Source: Schmidtea polychroa
Taxonomy: Eukaryota
Direction: 5' to 3'
Length of the DNA stretch: 64,000 bases
Assembly: GCA_044892525.1 (NCBI GenBank)
Contig: CM097885.1
Coordinates: 18,354,001-18,418,000 of the forward strand
The position numbers and the translations under genes are program-made. Shown in pieces: positions 27,150-43,051 of this stretch; the first letter of the stretch is position 1; the number at the start of each line of letters is the position of its first letter. Below the pieces are notes generated by a model. It was given only the letters and a program-made list of their open reading frames with translations. It ran no database searches and was not told where the DNA came from.

Positions 27150-30129
27150 CTTGAGGATCATTACATTTTTGGAGCCATTTGTACTCCTGTAGCCAGCTAT
27201 CATTAAAATAACATTTCCTTTTTTTGTTGTAATGTTCATTTTAGCAGTATAGTTGTATTTTAAAATTTTTAATGATATTCTAAATAATATTTAAAATAAT
27301 TTCAATTCTTTATTTAATACTTAATATTAAAAATACTTAATTTTAACAAATCTTTATTTAAACTGATTTTATAAAAAGAAATAAAATCAAATACATACAA
27401 ACATGCTTAAAAAAATTTTCAGAACTTTTTAAAATATTTTAATCTGATGCCCTTGCTTTGAATTTTAACGAGAAAAATATTTTTCTCGTTAAAATTTTTT
27501 TTGTTAAATATAAAGGGAAAATGGTTAAAAGTGAGGTAAATAGTTCAAAGTAGGACAATTTCTCTTTCATGTTGTACGTAGGACTAATATCCAAATTGTA
27601 GGACCGAATTCGTGAAATCTACTTAAACTTGCATTCTATTTCCATAATTTTTCCAAACTGACTTCAAAAAGTGTTTTTCAAAGTGTGTTTACCACCGCTT
27701 GTACATTGGTGGGCATGATTTAAATACAATTTATGTAAAGTAGTCGATTAATGTTAAAGGGTTAAATAATGTCTACCTCAAATTATTGTATACTAAAAAA
27801 ATATTCAAAAAATAATATACGTAATTAACAATAAAAAAATGCCGGTCCATATGTTAGAAATACGATTTTGCAAAGCGGTCTTCAACGTGTTAAATACTAA
27901 TTTTCATATTGATTAATGTCTTAAACTTAATATTTAATCCTATCAATACCGTGAAAATATATAAATCCTTGCCACAATCTGGCCATTTACAATATTTTTG
28001 CTGATACCTCGAAAATAGGAATTCAACAATTTATTGGTAAAATAGTTGGTAGTAGTTTAATTTTTTTGAAGTATATACAAATAGAATTTAATACTTTTAG
28101 AAACTATTGACTATTAAAAGATATTTCTTTATTAATAAAATGGCCTAATTTCACAATTCTATTCGTTCATTTGAAAAATTAATTTTACTTGATTTAATTG
28201 TTATAACGGTTTTTCTACATTTTAAGAAAACAAATTATTTTATTTAACAAAATTACAAAAACAAATTTAGTTTTTTCATAATTTATTATTTATAATGCTC
28301 ATTTCTAAAATTATACTTGCCCAATAATTTTCAATAATTTCTTTTGTTTAGGTAAATAAAAATAGAAACTTACCTAGTCAGTATGAAAATTAATTTGAAT
28401 TCGTGAACTCTACTTAAACTTGCATTCTATTTTCATAATTTTTCCAAACTGACTTCAAAAAGTGTTTTACTAATGGGTTGCTTACAGTTACATTCGGGAC
28501 TTTTCTAACTTTTTGTTTATTTTCTGTCGTATCAAAAGTTTAAAATAACTAATCCATCTTTCCTTTTGAATTCTTCTGATTTCTTAGTATTTCTTAGTGA
28601 TGATCTCGAATCGTCTTGCATCAGGTAAGCACTATAATCAGGATAAATTTTCTGTATACAAATGTAACCAACTATATCGTGACCATTTTAATTGTAATGC
28701 AGTATAAAAATCACGACTGGCATTGAAACTCAGGATGGCACCTTCGTTCGTATTTTCAGTGAAACTGCGTGATCAATCGTGACTCTAACAATGTAAGGAC
28801 TCGGTAATAGCCTTTCCAATTTACTATAACTAATCGAGACCGAGATACATAACTTCATTTCATCTTAATCGATTCCTGGCCATATAAAGTTCACGGTAGC
28901 TTCACTAAATAATAAAAAAAGATTTACCGGGGATGGCGATGATGATGCCAATTACGGAGTGGTACCGTCGATGATGTAAACTCAATCGATGGACCGTATA
29001 GCCAACTCAAATCTGAGTGTATGCCATGATTGATAGTCCTCAGTGTTACAAGTAAAATTTCGTTAAAAACCAGTAATAATAGTGACGATCAATAAAAATT
29101 ATGTTATCGACAATAATGGTCGAGACGATTTACTGTACAAAAATAAGGTCAAATTAGTTAGTGGCATACGACACCAGTAGAATGACCACTCGCTTGCAGA
29201 TCAATTGCCGTATGGGAGATGATACGTGGCACTAATCAACATTCTCCACACAATTAATCGTGGAACAAAAAATAGTGAACTGCGAGATCGCACAACGAGG
29301 CTAATATAATTACAGATGGATAACACCAGAGATAATTTTTTGGTTAATTCGACAATTTTAATGGCTCACCATGGCTCACAAATGGCTCATATGAAGGCGT
29401 CCTAAAAATTTTACTAAGTATTTTTGATAGCGTATATATGGTACTACAAAAAAATTTCTAAGAAAAATCTGAAGTGGTACTAACAAAATAAATAATAATG
29501 AACAAATCAAAACCAAATGAAGTCTGAATCAAGGTTTTATTTACATCAACTATATTAATAATATTATTATTATTATCTTTAAAATAATTTAAATTTCCAA
29601 TATTCGTTACAGTTACCATGACTTTGTGGCAAAATTTTGAATTTGAAATGTTTATTTTTTTAATTAATTAATTTACTTAAATTTTTATCTACATAAATCA
29701 ATATTTTTTGAGTGAAACTTTCTATAAGCTCTTCATAAAATCAATTCTAATTCGGTTTTTTAATTTTCGACATGTAAAATCAAATTTTCATTAGATACAA
29801 AACACATGGTATCGGGATTGCAATATTTCCCAAGTATAATTTTATTATCTTCCCAGTAGTGCTAAAATTACTTTTTAATAATTATTATCTACAAAGTTAT
29901 ATTTAAAAATGGTGTACTGGTGGTAAAATTTTGACAACGTGATTTCAAAAATTTCAAATTAAAAATTTTATTTTGATAATATTTTAAAATTCAAAGATGA
30001 TTGTAAATTCTATCCTCTATTTTGTGGTACTTATAGAATTTAGTGACCAGTAAGATAACATTAATTTTGTGAACGTAAATGAGCATTAACAATACAATGA
30101 TTTTGAAATGAATTAATTAAATCAAAGTA

Positions 30130-31020
30130 AAATAATTGCGAAACATTTGCTTTGGTCATGACGTATTTCGCATAATTTTATGAAATTAATTGTTACATTC
30201 CCAGAATAAGCTTCATCTAACGGCTAATCCGATGACTTTAAAATTTATTATCTCTTGAGATGGTAAATTTTATCACATGATAGTTTGTCGTTCTACTAAT
30301 AGGATCAATTAATTTCGTTCACCCAGCTATCTGTCACTTCATAGGAACGCGAAGCTGTAAAACTTGCCACTCTTGGATAAGTTTGATTGTAATTTATATA
30401 TCATATTTTGGATTTCCTTTTCTAATTTAATAAATGTTTTTCCTATCAATCCAACTATATTTGTACATCAAGCGATGAGTAGAATTGGTTTTTGTTTTCT
30501 AATCTACAATGTCAATGAATTTTATGTAAGTAGTGTTAGCACTACTTTCAAGTTTTAAAAATAATTTTTACCTCCGCAATAAATTTTTTGGATTTCATCG
30601 AATTGTCTTTTAGTTTTTTAGTGAATCTTATTTGATATTTTCATGTGATATCTTTTACTTATCAAATGTTGTCTATATATAACATTCAGTATCAACCTTC
30701 CGAATTCGATTTTTGTTTAGTTTATCTTTATTAAAATCTTAGCTTTAATCTTTTATTTACGATTTCTTTTGTATTTATTCTTTAAGGTGTTATTACCGCC
30801 CTTTGGACAAAATCTGTTTAATTGAAACCGAAATATTGGTTATTTTACTTGTTTCTTCAATTCACATACAACCGATTATGTTATTATCTCACGGGAATTT
30901 TTGAAAACGACAGTGTATGATGTATTTTGTCCTTTGACATGTTAATCGCTCTTTACAACACAAGTAACCGTTTAACGGTATTTAATTCTTTGCCCAGATG
31001 CAGACAGAACAATAGGATTT
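30130..31020 (-). mobile_element. Highly decayed retroelement pol-like remnant
   Basis: Coding-like composition with weak protease/RT-like pieces on the minus strand; no long ORF. Confidence 0.3.
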
Positions 31021-31424
31021 CTTACCATATCTTTATTTGTGGACAACTTGATAATTTATAATATATTCAAGACTCAAAAAATAACAAAAATAATATGTAT
31101 TTTAATATATGTATATTTTCATAACATCTTTAAAAATAGCCTTGATTATCAACTTGATCATTCTCATCCTGGGTGCTCAGTTTTGTGTTTCTCTAATCTA
31201 AATAAAAATTATCAATTTTTATAATTTATTATATCCACGGATTAAAATATCAAAATTTCTCTTTGAATTTTAATTTTCGTTCAAGATCCCTGTAAATTTT
31301 GATTGTATAAATATTTTAATTGAAATAGGCTTTATGACTAAAAATGAAAATGATAAAAATGCATATTTAATTAATAAAAAAAATTCAATTATAAAAATTT
31401 TTCTCAGGTTTCATGTTTTCAACT

Positions 31425-33110
<1,686 letters not shown>

Positions 33111-34149
33111 TTTGCCTTGAATGTGAAAATAAATATATTAAAGTTTCCCTAATATTTCTCACCTAAACCACCACAATTAGATTTGTCGTTTGATTGTGTT
33201 GTTTGAGTTTTGTGCAAGCAGTTCATCTAAATTTGAAAAATTGAAAATTAACCAATTTTAATTATTTAATAAAATTACTTTCAAATTGTTTTTATGATAA
33301 AGTGAAAATATTTGTTTCCTTATATATGTGTAAGAAGTCAATAAAATTTATTTCAAATATGGGATTGGTAGTTTTTTTGAAATATTCTATTAGAAATTCT
33401 TTAACAATTTTTAAAAAATATTTTCGAGTAAATAAATAACGCTAAAATTGATATTATAAAAACGGTATATGGTGCTATTTTATGCGATTTTCAGATAGTT
33501 ATTGGCATTATCAATATTGAATTTTGCCTTTTTGAATATTTAGTCATTATTTTTACCGATTATTGATTCCGGTTAGCAACCTTACTGTTACGTAACAAAT
33601 AATTTTTGGACGGTCCAAATTATTTCCGCATTTAAAATATTTATTTTAAATTGAAACAATTTCAATTTTAATACCTTTTCATAAGAAATCATTTTTGATG
33701 GGATTAAGACGAGGTAATATTGGTTGTTTTTGCTATATTTTTACCAGACAATTATAAAAATTTTTCATAAAATTAATATCGAGCTTGTTTCCCCTTGATT
33801 TCCTTGTTATTAAATTAAAAACAAACTCAGTCGTGATAAAAATGAGCAGCATTTTGTTTTTGAAAGGAGTAAATGATGAGCTACTGAATAATATTCACCG
33901 GAAAAATTCCATCTCAATAAAATACTTTAATATTAATTCGCAGAGGCGAAAATAGATCTTTCAGAAATAGAACAGTAAAAAAATGCGTTCATATAAAACT
34001 TTTTTCTTTGATCGTGATTATTTCAGTGAATTTCTATTTATATAAATATGTTCAAATGTACATATTTTATCAAATTCGAATATGTTATCATATTCGAATA
34101 GTATTAAGTAACAGATTTGAATTATATAAATTAAGTTTAAAGTTATAAT

Positions 34150-35450
34150 AAAAATATAAACTTAAAAATATTGACCTACCACAACACCATTTCCAACGAT
34201 ATTTCTATAATAGTGATGTTCTTATCTTGAAATACTTATGATCTTCAATGCAGATTTTGTATATATACTTTAAAAATTTCACTTTATGAGCTTTTAGTTA
34301 TGCAAAATTTTCAATAATTTCATTATTGACAATATTTTCGGTGATTCTACTGATAATACAGCTAAATGTCCTGGTTCATCTTTGATCCAATATTATTCGT
34401 GATTATTTTGTGTATATTACCAGTAATAATTTAACAAAAATTTTACTTCAGATTTGTGTCGCGGAATGATTTTTCCCCTAAGTATAATAGATGGAAAATA
34501 AAACAGTTGAATGAGTAAAGTAACCACAGTTAAAATAAAGGGTTTTTCCACCTGGAATATTTTTTAAACCACTGAAATAAAAAATGTCTTTGACATAACG
34601 TCTTTGTTTCCGCATCCAAAATCAAGATACGACATCAATAGGTCATCATAAATTTTACAACCTTAATTTAATTTATTTATTTTTAAGTCATCACGCGTCA
34701 TCAATTATTTGTGATGTGATGATAATTTTAATATTCTTCAACTCTTTTAAGGATAAGTGCCTATCCCTAACAGTTTTATTATTATTTTCGGTAGTGACTG
34801 CGTATCATCCATTTGATTGGTAGATTTCTTTACGACCGGTTGTGTTTCTAAATCTTTTGTTAGTTCCTGTATATTCCGTCGAATGCCAATATCGATATTA
34901 ATTGATCTTCGACATTACCATATGCTGCCAATATATTGATGACATTATCGATTGTCAATTTCCTTTCATATTTTTAATTTTTGGTTGTCAATGTCATCAA
35001 ATTAAAAAGGTATGGTCTTATTTTCGTTTTGTAGATAAATAGACCTTATCTTTTCCCTAAATATAAAGTAATATGACAAGTGGCATTTATTCGTGTGTCG
35101 ATTTCATATTTCTCAGTACCCTTGGGAATTCGATGAGTTTACTTTATTATAGTTGTTTCTTACATATATCTGTTCAATTTACAAAGAATGTAGATAAAAT
35201 TAGAATTTTTCTTGACTCCACGCATTCTTTTCAATGAAATAACCCAACAAATAACAGAATCTATTTTCACAACAAAATACAAGTTTTGAACAATCTAGAA
35301 TTCTTGTCGATATAATTTAGTCCACAAATTAGTTGGCTAGGTTTACCGAAGTCAAAATTTATATTGACGAATGATACTTTAAAAATACGCAATACTTTTC
35401 TCCAAAAATGTCTTGATCATAATTATAAAATTATTTTCCATTTTATATGC
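34150..35450 (-). mobile_element. Highly decayed Gypsy-like pol/integrase remnant
   Basis: Weak motif pieces (DEPGHLA, similar to the integrase zinc-finger region); heavily interrupted. Confidence 0.3.
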
Positions 35451-36184
35451 AAAGAAAATAAAAAATCATCTACTTTTGAAAAGCTATATCGGTAATTTAC
35501 TACCATTCTTCGGTAATATCTCTAAATCAACAAACATAAGTTTTTACTACCAATCCTTAGCCTAATAATACTTACATCAGCGAATTTGACAAAAAACATT
35601 ATTGTGGTTCGATTGATTCTCGCTCTGGAGTGTGTGGGGTGTGCATGTTTTGTTGTTGTGGTGGCTGTGGGATTTGTTTTGGACAGTCCACTGAGCGCGC
35701 GGGTAGCCATTGGGCCGATTTTTCTATTGTGTGACTAGTGAGGATTTTGTTCCAATGGATGGCTTGGAACCTTTGGAACATGTGTCGGTGCTGCGATAAG
35801 TGGAGGGAGGGGTGTTGGGCTTGTTGCAGCGGTGGGGGTGGTTGGGTGAATGGATAGATTAATTTAATTCAAATAAAAATTAAAGTTAAATTAAACAGTC
35901 TTATAATAATAATAATTTTCCATTAAAATTTTTTTAAAATAAATTTTGGCATTTCGGAGATCGAGGAAATCAAAATATTTCGGAAGGCACAAAGATGCCG
36001 GCAGGTAATATTAAATCAAAGGTACATAAGTGCCAAGTGAACAAATTTTGCTATCTGGACATATGTCCAGATAACTGGGGAAAATCAAAAAGCACATAAG
36101 TGCCAAAATCTAAAGGCACTCAAGTGCCAAGATAAGAAAAAAAATATTTAAATCATTATAATAATTATAATAATTATTATTTTA

Positions 36185-36290
<106 letters not shown>

Positions 36291-36901
36291 CATTATTATT
36301 GTCATAATTATTATTATCATCAGTATTATTATTATTATTATTATATTTCACAGTTTTATTTTATCGACTACCATACATTTCATCTAATGATTCAAAAAAC
36401 AATAAATAGGTAATAGTAGTAGGGTTTTGGCCTTTGAAAGCCAATCATGATTAAACTTTTTAACGCTCTATTATACCCTAAATTTAATTAATTGAAATTG
36501 AAATTGAATTTAATTTTTTTTTCAGATTCTACCCATGAAATTTAGAAAATAAAAAATTACAAATTTACTTACATTTACCCACTTAAAAATAAAAAATAAA
36601 AAAATTACAAATTTCCTTATAATGTGACTAACCAAACAAAGCCAATCAAATTCAACAATTTCATAATAATTTTATAATTCTACAATTCTAAAATACAAAA
36701 TTTGAAAATTATTAAATTGCAGGAAAAGATGTAAACTCAAATTACAAATTCTCAAAATATACATTATCTGAAAAAAAAATTAAATTGCAGGCGTCTTTAA
36801 CTTTTACAAAAATAAGGTTAACATCTTTTGCAAAATTAACTTTTGTAAAATCATAAAAATTTACAAAATCAACAACCCAACATTAAGTCAATTACCCCAT
36901 C

Positions 36902-37109
<208 letters not shown>

Positions 37110-37789
37110 TAAATAAATATAAAAATAACATGAAATCAAAATAATAAATTTTTAGCAAATTTGAAATGAAAATTAATAAATCTAAATTAATTTTTAAAAG
37201 TTATAAATAATATATCAAAAGTTTCAAAATTCCAATTACCGTGTTTTAATTGATTTGATTGGACACTGTACATATCATAATTGCAACATACAATTGGTAG
37301 ATATTTATAATAGCATGTGGGAAGAGAATTATAAATTCTCCAATCATATCGTGTTATATAAAAAATAAAATTTTCAAAAATACGAAAATAAAAAATAAAA
37401 TTTCAAGAAAATTTTTTTTGCGTTTATTCTAATTCTAAATTAGAAAATTGAAGTAGTAAAACATATATTGTAAATTTAATTATTATAATAATACATTTAA
37501 TTATTATTTTTGTTTTTATAATAATAAATTTAAAAGAATTAAATTTATGAATTTAAAATTATAAAATGAAAATATTTATTTTTAAAACGAGATTTTACTA
37601 ATATTTTACGAAAATTATATAAAAAATGTCTGATAAAAAATATTGTAAAACTTGTAATAAAGTTATTTTAGGTGATTTAAAATGGAGATTCAAAACAATA
37701 CAAATTACATGTAATTATAAAATTAAAAATTAATCGGAATAAAGTTATAAAAATATAATCTTCACAACTTTCAGAATCTTCAGAATCAC

Positions 37790-38130
37790 TCAAATAGTTT
37801 TCGCGAGTTAGCTTTTCTTTGATATTTGGGTTCCCCATAACCATATGGAAGTGTAGTTATTCCATCAGGTAAAATATATCGTTTATCATCGTATGCATTC
37901 ATTCCTTTATTTTCAAGTTGATTTAAAAAAATTGTGAATGAATAATCTATTACTGGTTCTTTTAGTTGACCAAATAGAAATTATTTCGCTGTTTCAAAAT
38001 TAATATTTTTTGAAGATACTTTTGTATACCCTTTTATTCTTTATGTAATGATGTATTTCCACCCCTTAAATCTTATTTCTAGAAAATAAATTTTAGATTT
38101 TAATCCACAAAACTTGATAATTTTTTTATT
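37790..38130 (-). pseudogene. Protein-primed DNA polymerase B, C-terminal remnant
   Basis: KFCGLKSKIY...KG...NKGMNAYDDKRYILPDGITTLPYG, the typical Maverick pPolB C-terminus; most of the gene is deleted. Confidence 0.8.
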
Positions 38131-38885
38131 AAATCATAGGCTGCATAGCTCAATGAGAATAGCATAGTGGTTCAAATATACTGCAGTTCAAATCCAAACT
38201 AAATTTAGGTTTTTTCATAGAAAAAATATTGAAATTACTACAATATTGAAAATAGCATTAAAAATATAATATTCAAATTAATATAAATAATTGTCCCAAT
38301 ATCATCTTATCATTGAACTTGATTTTGGAAAATCGAACATTGTAGAAACATTTTTCCAAAGTTACTGGTTTCTAACAATAAATAATAAAATCCAAAATAA
38401 TTTATACAAACTTACCTTAAATTTAGAAGAAATTGGACAATACAAATAATTTAGTTTGTATTGCAAGAATTCTACTGGCTTTTTTGTATCCACTCGAACA
38501 TTGAGCAAGGTTTCCAGGGATAATGTCGATTCTTTAAATTTCCGTTTTCCGACTTCCTGAGCGACATCTGCATTTTTTCTCTTCAATACTCCTAAATTTA
38601 AAAAAAACTATTAAATGGAATATTTGCAAACGACAACAAACCTGTAATTTGATGATCCATTTGTAGTTGTAATATTTAATGAATTGAAACAGATATTTAT
38701 ACTAATTCCATTGTAAACAAAGTTTCAACTGACAGACAGACATGACCAAAACGTGATCAACCAGTCTATTTTATGCTAATTAATAAAGTCTGAAATGATT
38801 TATGGTATACAAAGAAATGAATTTTAAATGTTATAGGTTAATTAAGGTAATATTATCACAAAACATATATAATTACATGTATATT

Positions 38886-39122
38886 TTATATTTTATTACA
38901 ACAATAAATTTTTTGCCATTCTACGCGTAATGCATGAATTATTTCTCTTCTCTGTAGATTCACAAAACATGTACAACTATCATCCCCACAAGTATTCCGT
39001 ATATTATTTTTACAAAAATCACAATTTTCAACATTATCAGTATAGCACGTAATCGTAAAATGATCCATATGAATTAATTTCATGACAGTTATTCCAGTTA
39101 TTTCATAAATTTTGTAAAACAC
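38886..39122 (-). CDS. Small Cys/His-rich accessory ORF of the Maverick
   Basis: HMDH...C...CDFC...C...CTC pattern, directly downstream of the TBP-like gene; function unknown. Confidence 0.4.
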   Translation of the reverse strand: MFYKIYEITGITVMKLIHMDHFTITCYTDNVENCDFCKNNIRNTCGDDSCTCFVNLQRREIIHALRVEWQKIYCCNKI

Positions 39123-39245
39123 AACTTCATTATGGAATTTTTCAAATTCGGATAAAAATCTTCAATTTTATCAATCAAAATTTTTAGTATAGTGTTTCTA
39201 AACAAAAATCAACAAATTTTAAATAAAAAACAGTTACCATCATGT

Positions 39246-39739
39246 TCAGTCATTGTTGAATAAATATTCAAGCAAATCCTCGTTACTTATACTTGTAGAA
39301 ATTGTTAAAGATCCAATCAAATCCTTTACATCGTTTATAATTCCTTCAACAATAGTATGAAAATCTAAATTTTTAATACCTAGTACTATTATGTTACCAC
39401 TCGAAAAAATATTTACACACAGTGGGTTATATTTTGTATAACGCAGAGCGGGGAATAATTCAGGTTCATATATACGATCTCCATCTACTAACTTTGCTAA
39501 ATTATTCAAATTAATAGATTGTTCAACCTTGGTAGCTATAGTAAGACTTTGAACTTGAATATCTTATATTGTAAATTCTCGAATTCGATAGGTTTCTTAC
39601 AACCCATTATACGACATTTACCATTTTTGAAAAATATAATAGTATATTTTCTATTTTGTTGTGGTTTACACTTGGGGAAATTCATCATACGAAAAGTTTC
39701 CAAAGACACATGACCCCTATAATTAATATTTGTCAACAT
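39246..39739 (-). pseudogene. TATA-binding-protein-like gene (frameshifted) inside the Maverick
   Basis: Two TBP-like repeats: TIIFFKNGKCRIMGCK and INLNNLA...YEPELFPALRY...VNIFSSGNIIVLGIK (TBP consensus YEPELFPGLIY...LLIFVSGKVVLTGAK). Frameshift near 39560. Confidence 0.85.
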
Positions 39740-39849
39740 ATCTAATGAATATTTATAAAAATCGAGTATATATATATTATAATAGCATAATTAAAACATT
39801 TTATCCTTTACGATATAAACAATATCAATTTTTAAATATACATATTAAA

Positions 39850-40452
39850 ATGGAACTAAGAAATGATGCTGTTTATTAAATAGTCGGACCAAGTGGTAGT
39901 GGAAAAACTTTGTTTGTTTGCAAATTACTAAAATCACATTTATTCAAATCAAAATTTAACAAAATTTATTGGCATAGAGGTGCTGATGAAGAACACGGAT
40001 TAACTCACGATAATTTCTGTAAATTAAAAAATATGAAAATAGTAAAGCGATTTGATAAAAAGTGGTATAGTAGACCAAAGAAGGGAGATGTCATAATTAT
40101 TGATGATTTGTATAAAGAAGCTAATAAAGAAAAGAATTTCAATAATTTATTTACCAAAATCAGTAGACACGTGGGTGTAACGGTTATTTTTAAAACTCAA
40201 AATTTATTTCTTCAGGGCGGTGCACATAGAGCTCGTAATTTAAATGTTCAATATTTCGTTGTTTTTAAAAACCCTAGAGATGCAACAGTTATTAATTTTC
40301 TTGCAAAACATAATCGTAATTTTCTGATAAATGCTACAAAACAACCTCATGGATATATATTTCTTGATTTCACTCAACAGTGTCCTGATGATTTACGAGT
40401 GAGAACCGATATTTTCAATAAAGAATGGTCAATGGTTTATAAACAAAGTTGA
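39850..40452 (+). pseudogene. A32/FtsK-like packaging ATPase
   Basis: Walker A GPSGSGKT, Walker B IIIDDL, SRH and QNLF...RNLNVQY..VFKNPRD motifs; premature TAA at 39877. Confidence 0.9.
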
Positions 40453-40579
40453 AACCATGTTTAACTGATTATGTTTTTGAGAGCGAGAGTTAAAAATTTT
40501 GGAAAAGGTACTGAAAAAGAAAAAGTTAAAGTTCCACCAAAAACGAGTTACACATATTTGTTACAGAAAATTTCCATCA

Positions 40580-40990
40580 ATGAATTTCATCTCAAAAAAT
40601 CCAATACCTAAACCAATCAAAAACCTTAAACAAGTAAAAACAGTAAAAAATCATCGTAGTTTTCCGTTTTTTAATGCATTGTTAAAGGCACCGAGCATGA
40701 AAAGAATGACTATTTTACACTAATTTCCTAATATCGTTTTTGGTGATTTACTTGATATTATACTCAAAATAGTCAAAGGCAAGACTATAATTAGCAAATC
40801 TGACAAAATTATTTTAAACAAGTACCAGAAACCTCTTTTGATGCTAGTAAATAATAAAAATCGCAAACAAATGAGAAAAATTATATATAAACAACAAGGA
40901 GGGTTTCTTGCTGCATTAATAGCATTGGCATTATCATTATTAGTGGCATTATCATTATTAGGTCTATTAAAATCATCATAAACAATAGGT
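40580..40990 (+). pseudogene. pX-like core protein remnant
   Basis: Basic ORF pieces ending KQQGGFLAALIALALSLL, resembling the adenain-cleaved GGFLPAL motif of adenovirus pX; frameshifted. Confidence 0.55.
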
Positions 40991-41042
40991 GCTAATCCTT
41001 CATTACCTAATTTAAAATTTGATTTTAAATATTCATGTTGTA

Positions 41043-42060
41043 ATGGAGAAGATATGGACGAACCCAAAAGACGAAGCAGGTTTTGGTGGAGTCGAAAAGT
41101 TAAAGAAAAGAGTTCTGAATTCGAAGATGGAAACCCAGAATTGGTTATCAAGTCAGCTCGCATACAGTTTGAACAAGCCGATGCTGAAAAGATTTCCAAC
41201 AAGACCATATAAAACATTTGGTATTGATGATTCATGGCAAATGGATTTGATGGAAATGATAACATATTCAAAGATTAATAAAGGATACAGGATATTTTGA
41301 CATGCATTGATGTTTACAGTCGTTTTGCTCGAGCAATTCCTACCAAGGCAAAGTCTGCCGAAGAAATATCCAAAGCAATTAAACTCATGTTTAGAGATGG
41401 ATATCCAGAAAACTTACAAACAAATTTGGGTAAAATATTTGTAAAAATTCATTATTTTTCTTTTGGATAGGAATTTTACAACTGTAAAATGAAACAAATC
41501 CTGGATAAACTCAAATCAATCATTACTCTGTGCATTCTCAATTCAAAGCCGATCATGTTGAAATATTTAATCGAAAATTGAGAGATAAGCTGAAAAAAAT
41601 GTTTGTGCATCAAGGTAATAAGACATGGATAAATGCTTTGCCTAAAATTATATATGGTTATAATCATTCATCGCATCAAAGTTTGAATGATTTACAGTTT
41701 TCGAAAATGGCTGAAAAAATTAAAAAACTAAAATATAAAATCGGTTATCATGTTAGAATTAGTAGAATTAATGCATCTCCATTCATAAACATCTTTCATA
41801 CAAACTGAAGTGATGAAGTCTTTGTAATCTCGAAAAACAATACTAAACAATATCCAGTAATATATGTCATTAAAGACTGATCAAAATATTGTACAAGGGA
41901 AATTTTATGAACAAGAATTCCAAGTCATTCCTTCAGCAAAAGTTTTTAGAATTCAAAAAATATTGAAAACTACAAAGAATGGTGAGGATAAACAATACTA
42001 TGTCAAATGCCATAGATATCAAAACCCGACATGGATATGAGCAAAAGATTTAGTAAAGTA
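41043..42060 (+). pseudogene. Retroviral-like (c-integrase) with C-terminal chromodomain
   Basis: WQMDLMEM...CIDVYSRFARAIP...LQTNLGK/EFYN...VEIFNRKLRDKL...YNHSSH...QYYVK; several frameshifts and stops. Confidence 0.9.
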
Positions 42061-43050
42061 AATTTTTATACTCTTTTACCGAGTAATAGTTGTCCTCTTA
42101 TTCATCCAGATAATGAAGCAAGTAAATTTATGGTAGAACTACAAAATCCAATTTATTTACATGGTGAGTGGGAAGCGGCTTTATTGGATTTCACATTTGT
42201 GTACAAGACATTTCCATTCTACAGTAAATCCAGAATCGAATACAAAAAGAAGGAAACAGTTACAAAATATAAAAATTTGGTAATTGATAACGTAAATGAT
42301 TTTATTGATATATCAAATCCTTACGATCGAGATGTTACAATGTACATTGATCGAGATTTTCTTTAATTTAACTGTCATCATACTCCATTTCATGTATCAT
42401 TTTAATATTTGGCGAATGCAAAACGATTCGAAATAAAGACATTGAGATAAAGAGCGATACAGATATATTGAAGATACGGAATCCTGGATTTACCAAGGTT
42501 GGTGCGACTACAGAACCAATTAGGCTAACAGTACAGTTTCCGTTTGATATATCTAATACAGTTACATTTAATGACAATTTATAGAACCGAACTCGATGAA
42601 TTGCAAACATATTTAATTCAAAATTGTATATATATTTTCAAATCTCTAGAACTTCAAGAAAATAAATATTTCAGATTCTCTTTGAATAATGACATTTCTG
42701 AAATTAGCTTTGACAAAAACCTGATAAAAACATTATGATTACCTAAAGCAAAATATCAACAAGACGATAAAATTAATGAAGGATCGAGTATTTAAACTTA
42801 ATCATCAAATGTTCATCTATACTAATATTATTGAACCCATAATTGTTGGTGATTCCGCGGTTCTTCTATTGAAATCTATTTGGATTGAGAAACATGAGCA
42901 AGATGATGTTGTACAAATAATAATGGAAAATCCTATGTATTTACAAGTTTCAACCTCGTGTATAAACAATATAGAAACGATAATTCTGGTAAATTAATCG
43001 ATTTTGCACAAGATTCAAAAACTCATTTGACGATACATTTTCGTAAAGTC
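42061..43050 (+). pseudogene. Minor capsid (penton-like) protein
   Basis: FYTLLPSNSC...PDN..SKF.VELQNPIYLHGEWEAAL at the N-terminus and MFIYTNIIEPIIVGD...LLKSI...PMYLQV at the C-terminus; frameshifted. Confidence 0.75.
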
Positions 43051-43051
43051 G

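Noticed and set aside
28560..29340. GC-richer coding-like stretch
   Set aside because: No ORF or motif I could identify; probably old TE debris.
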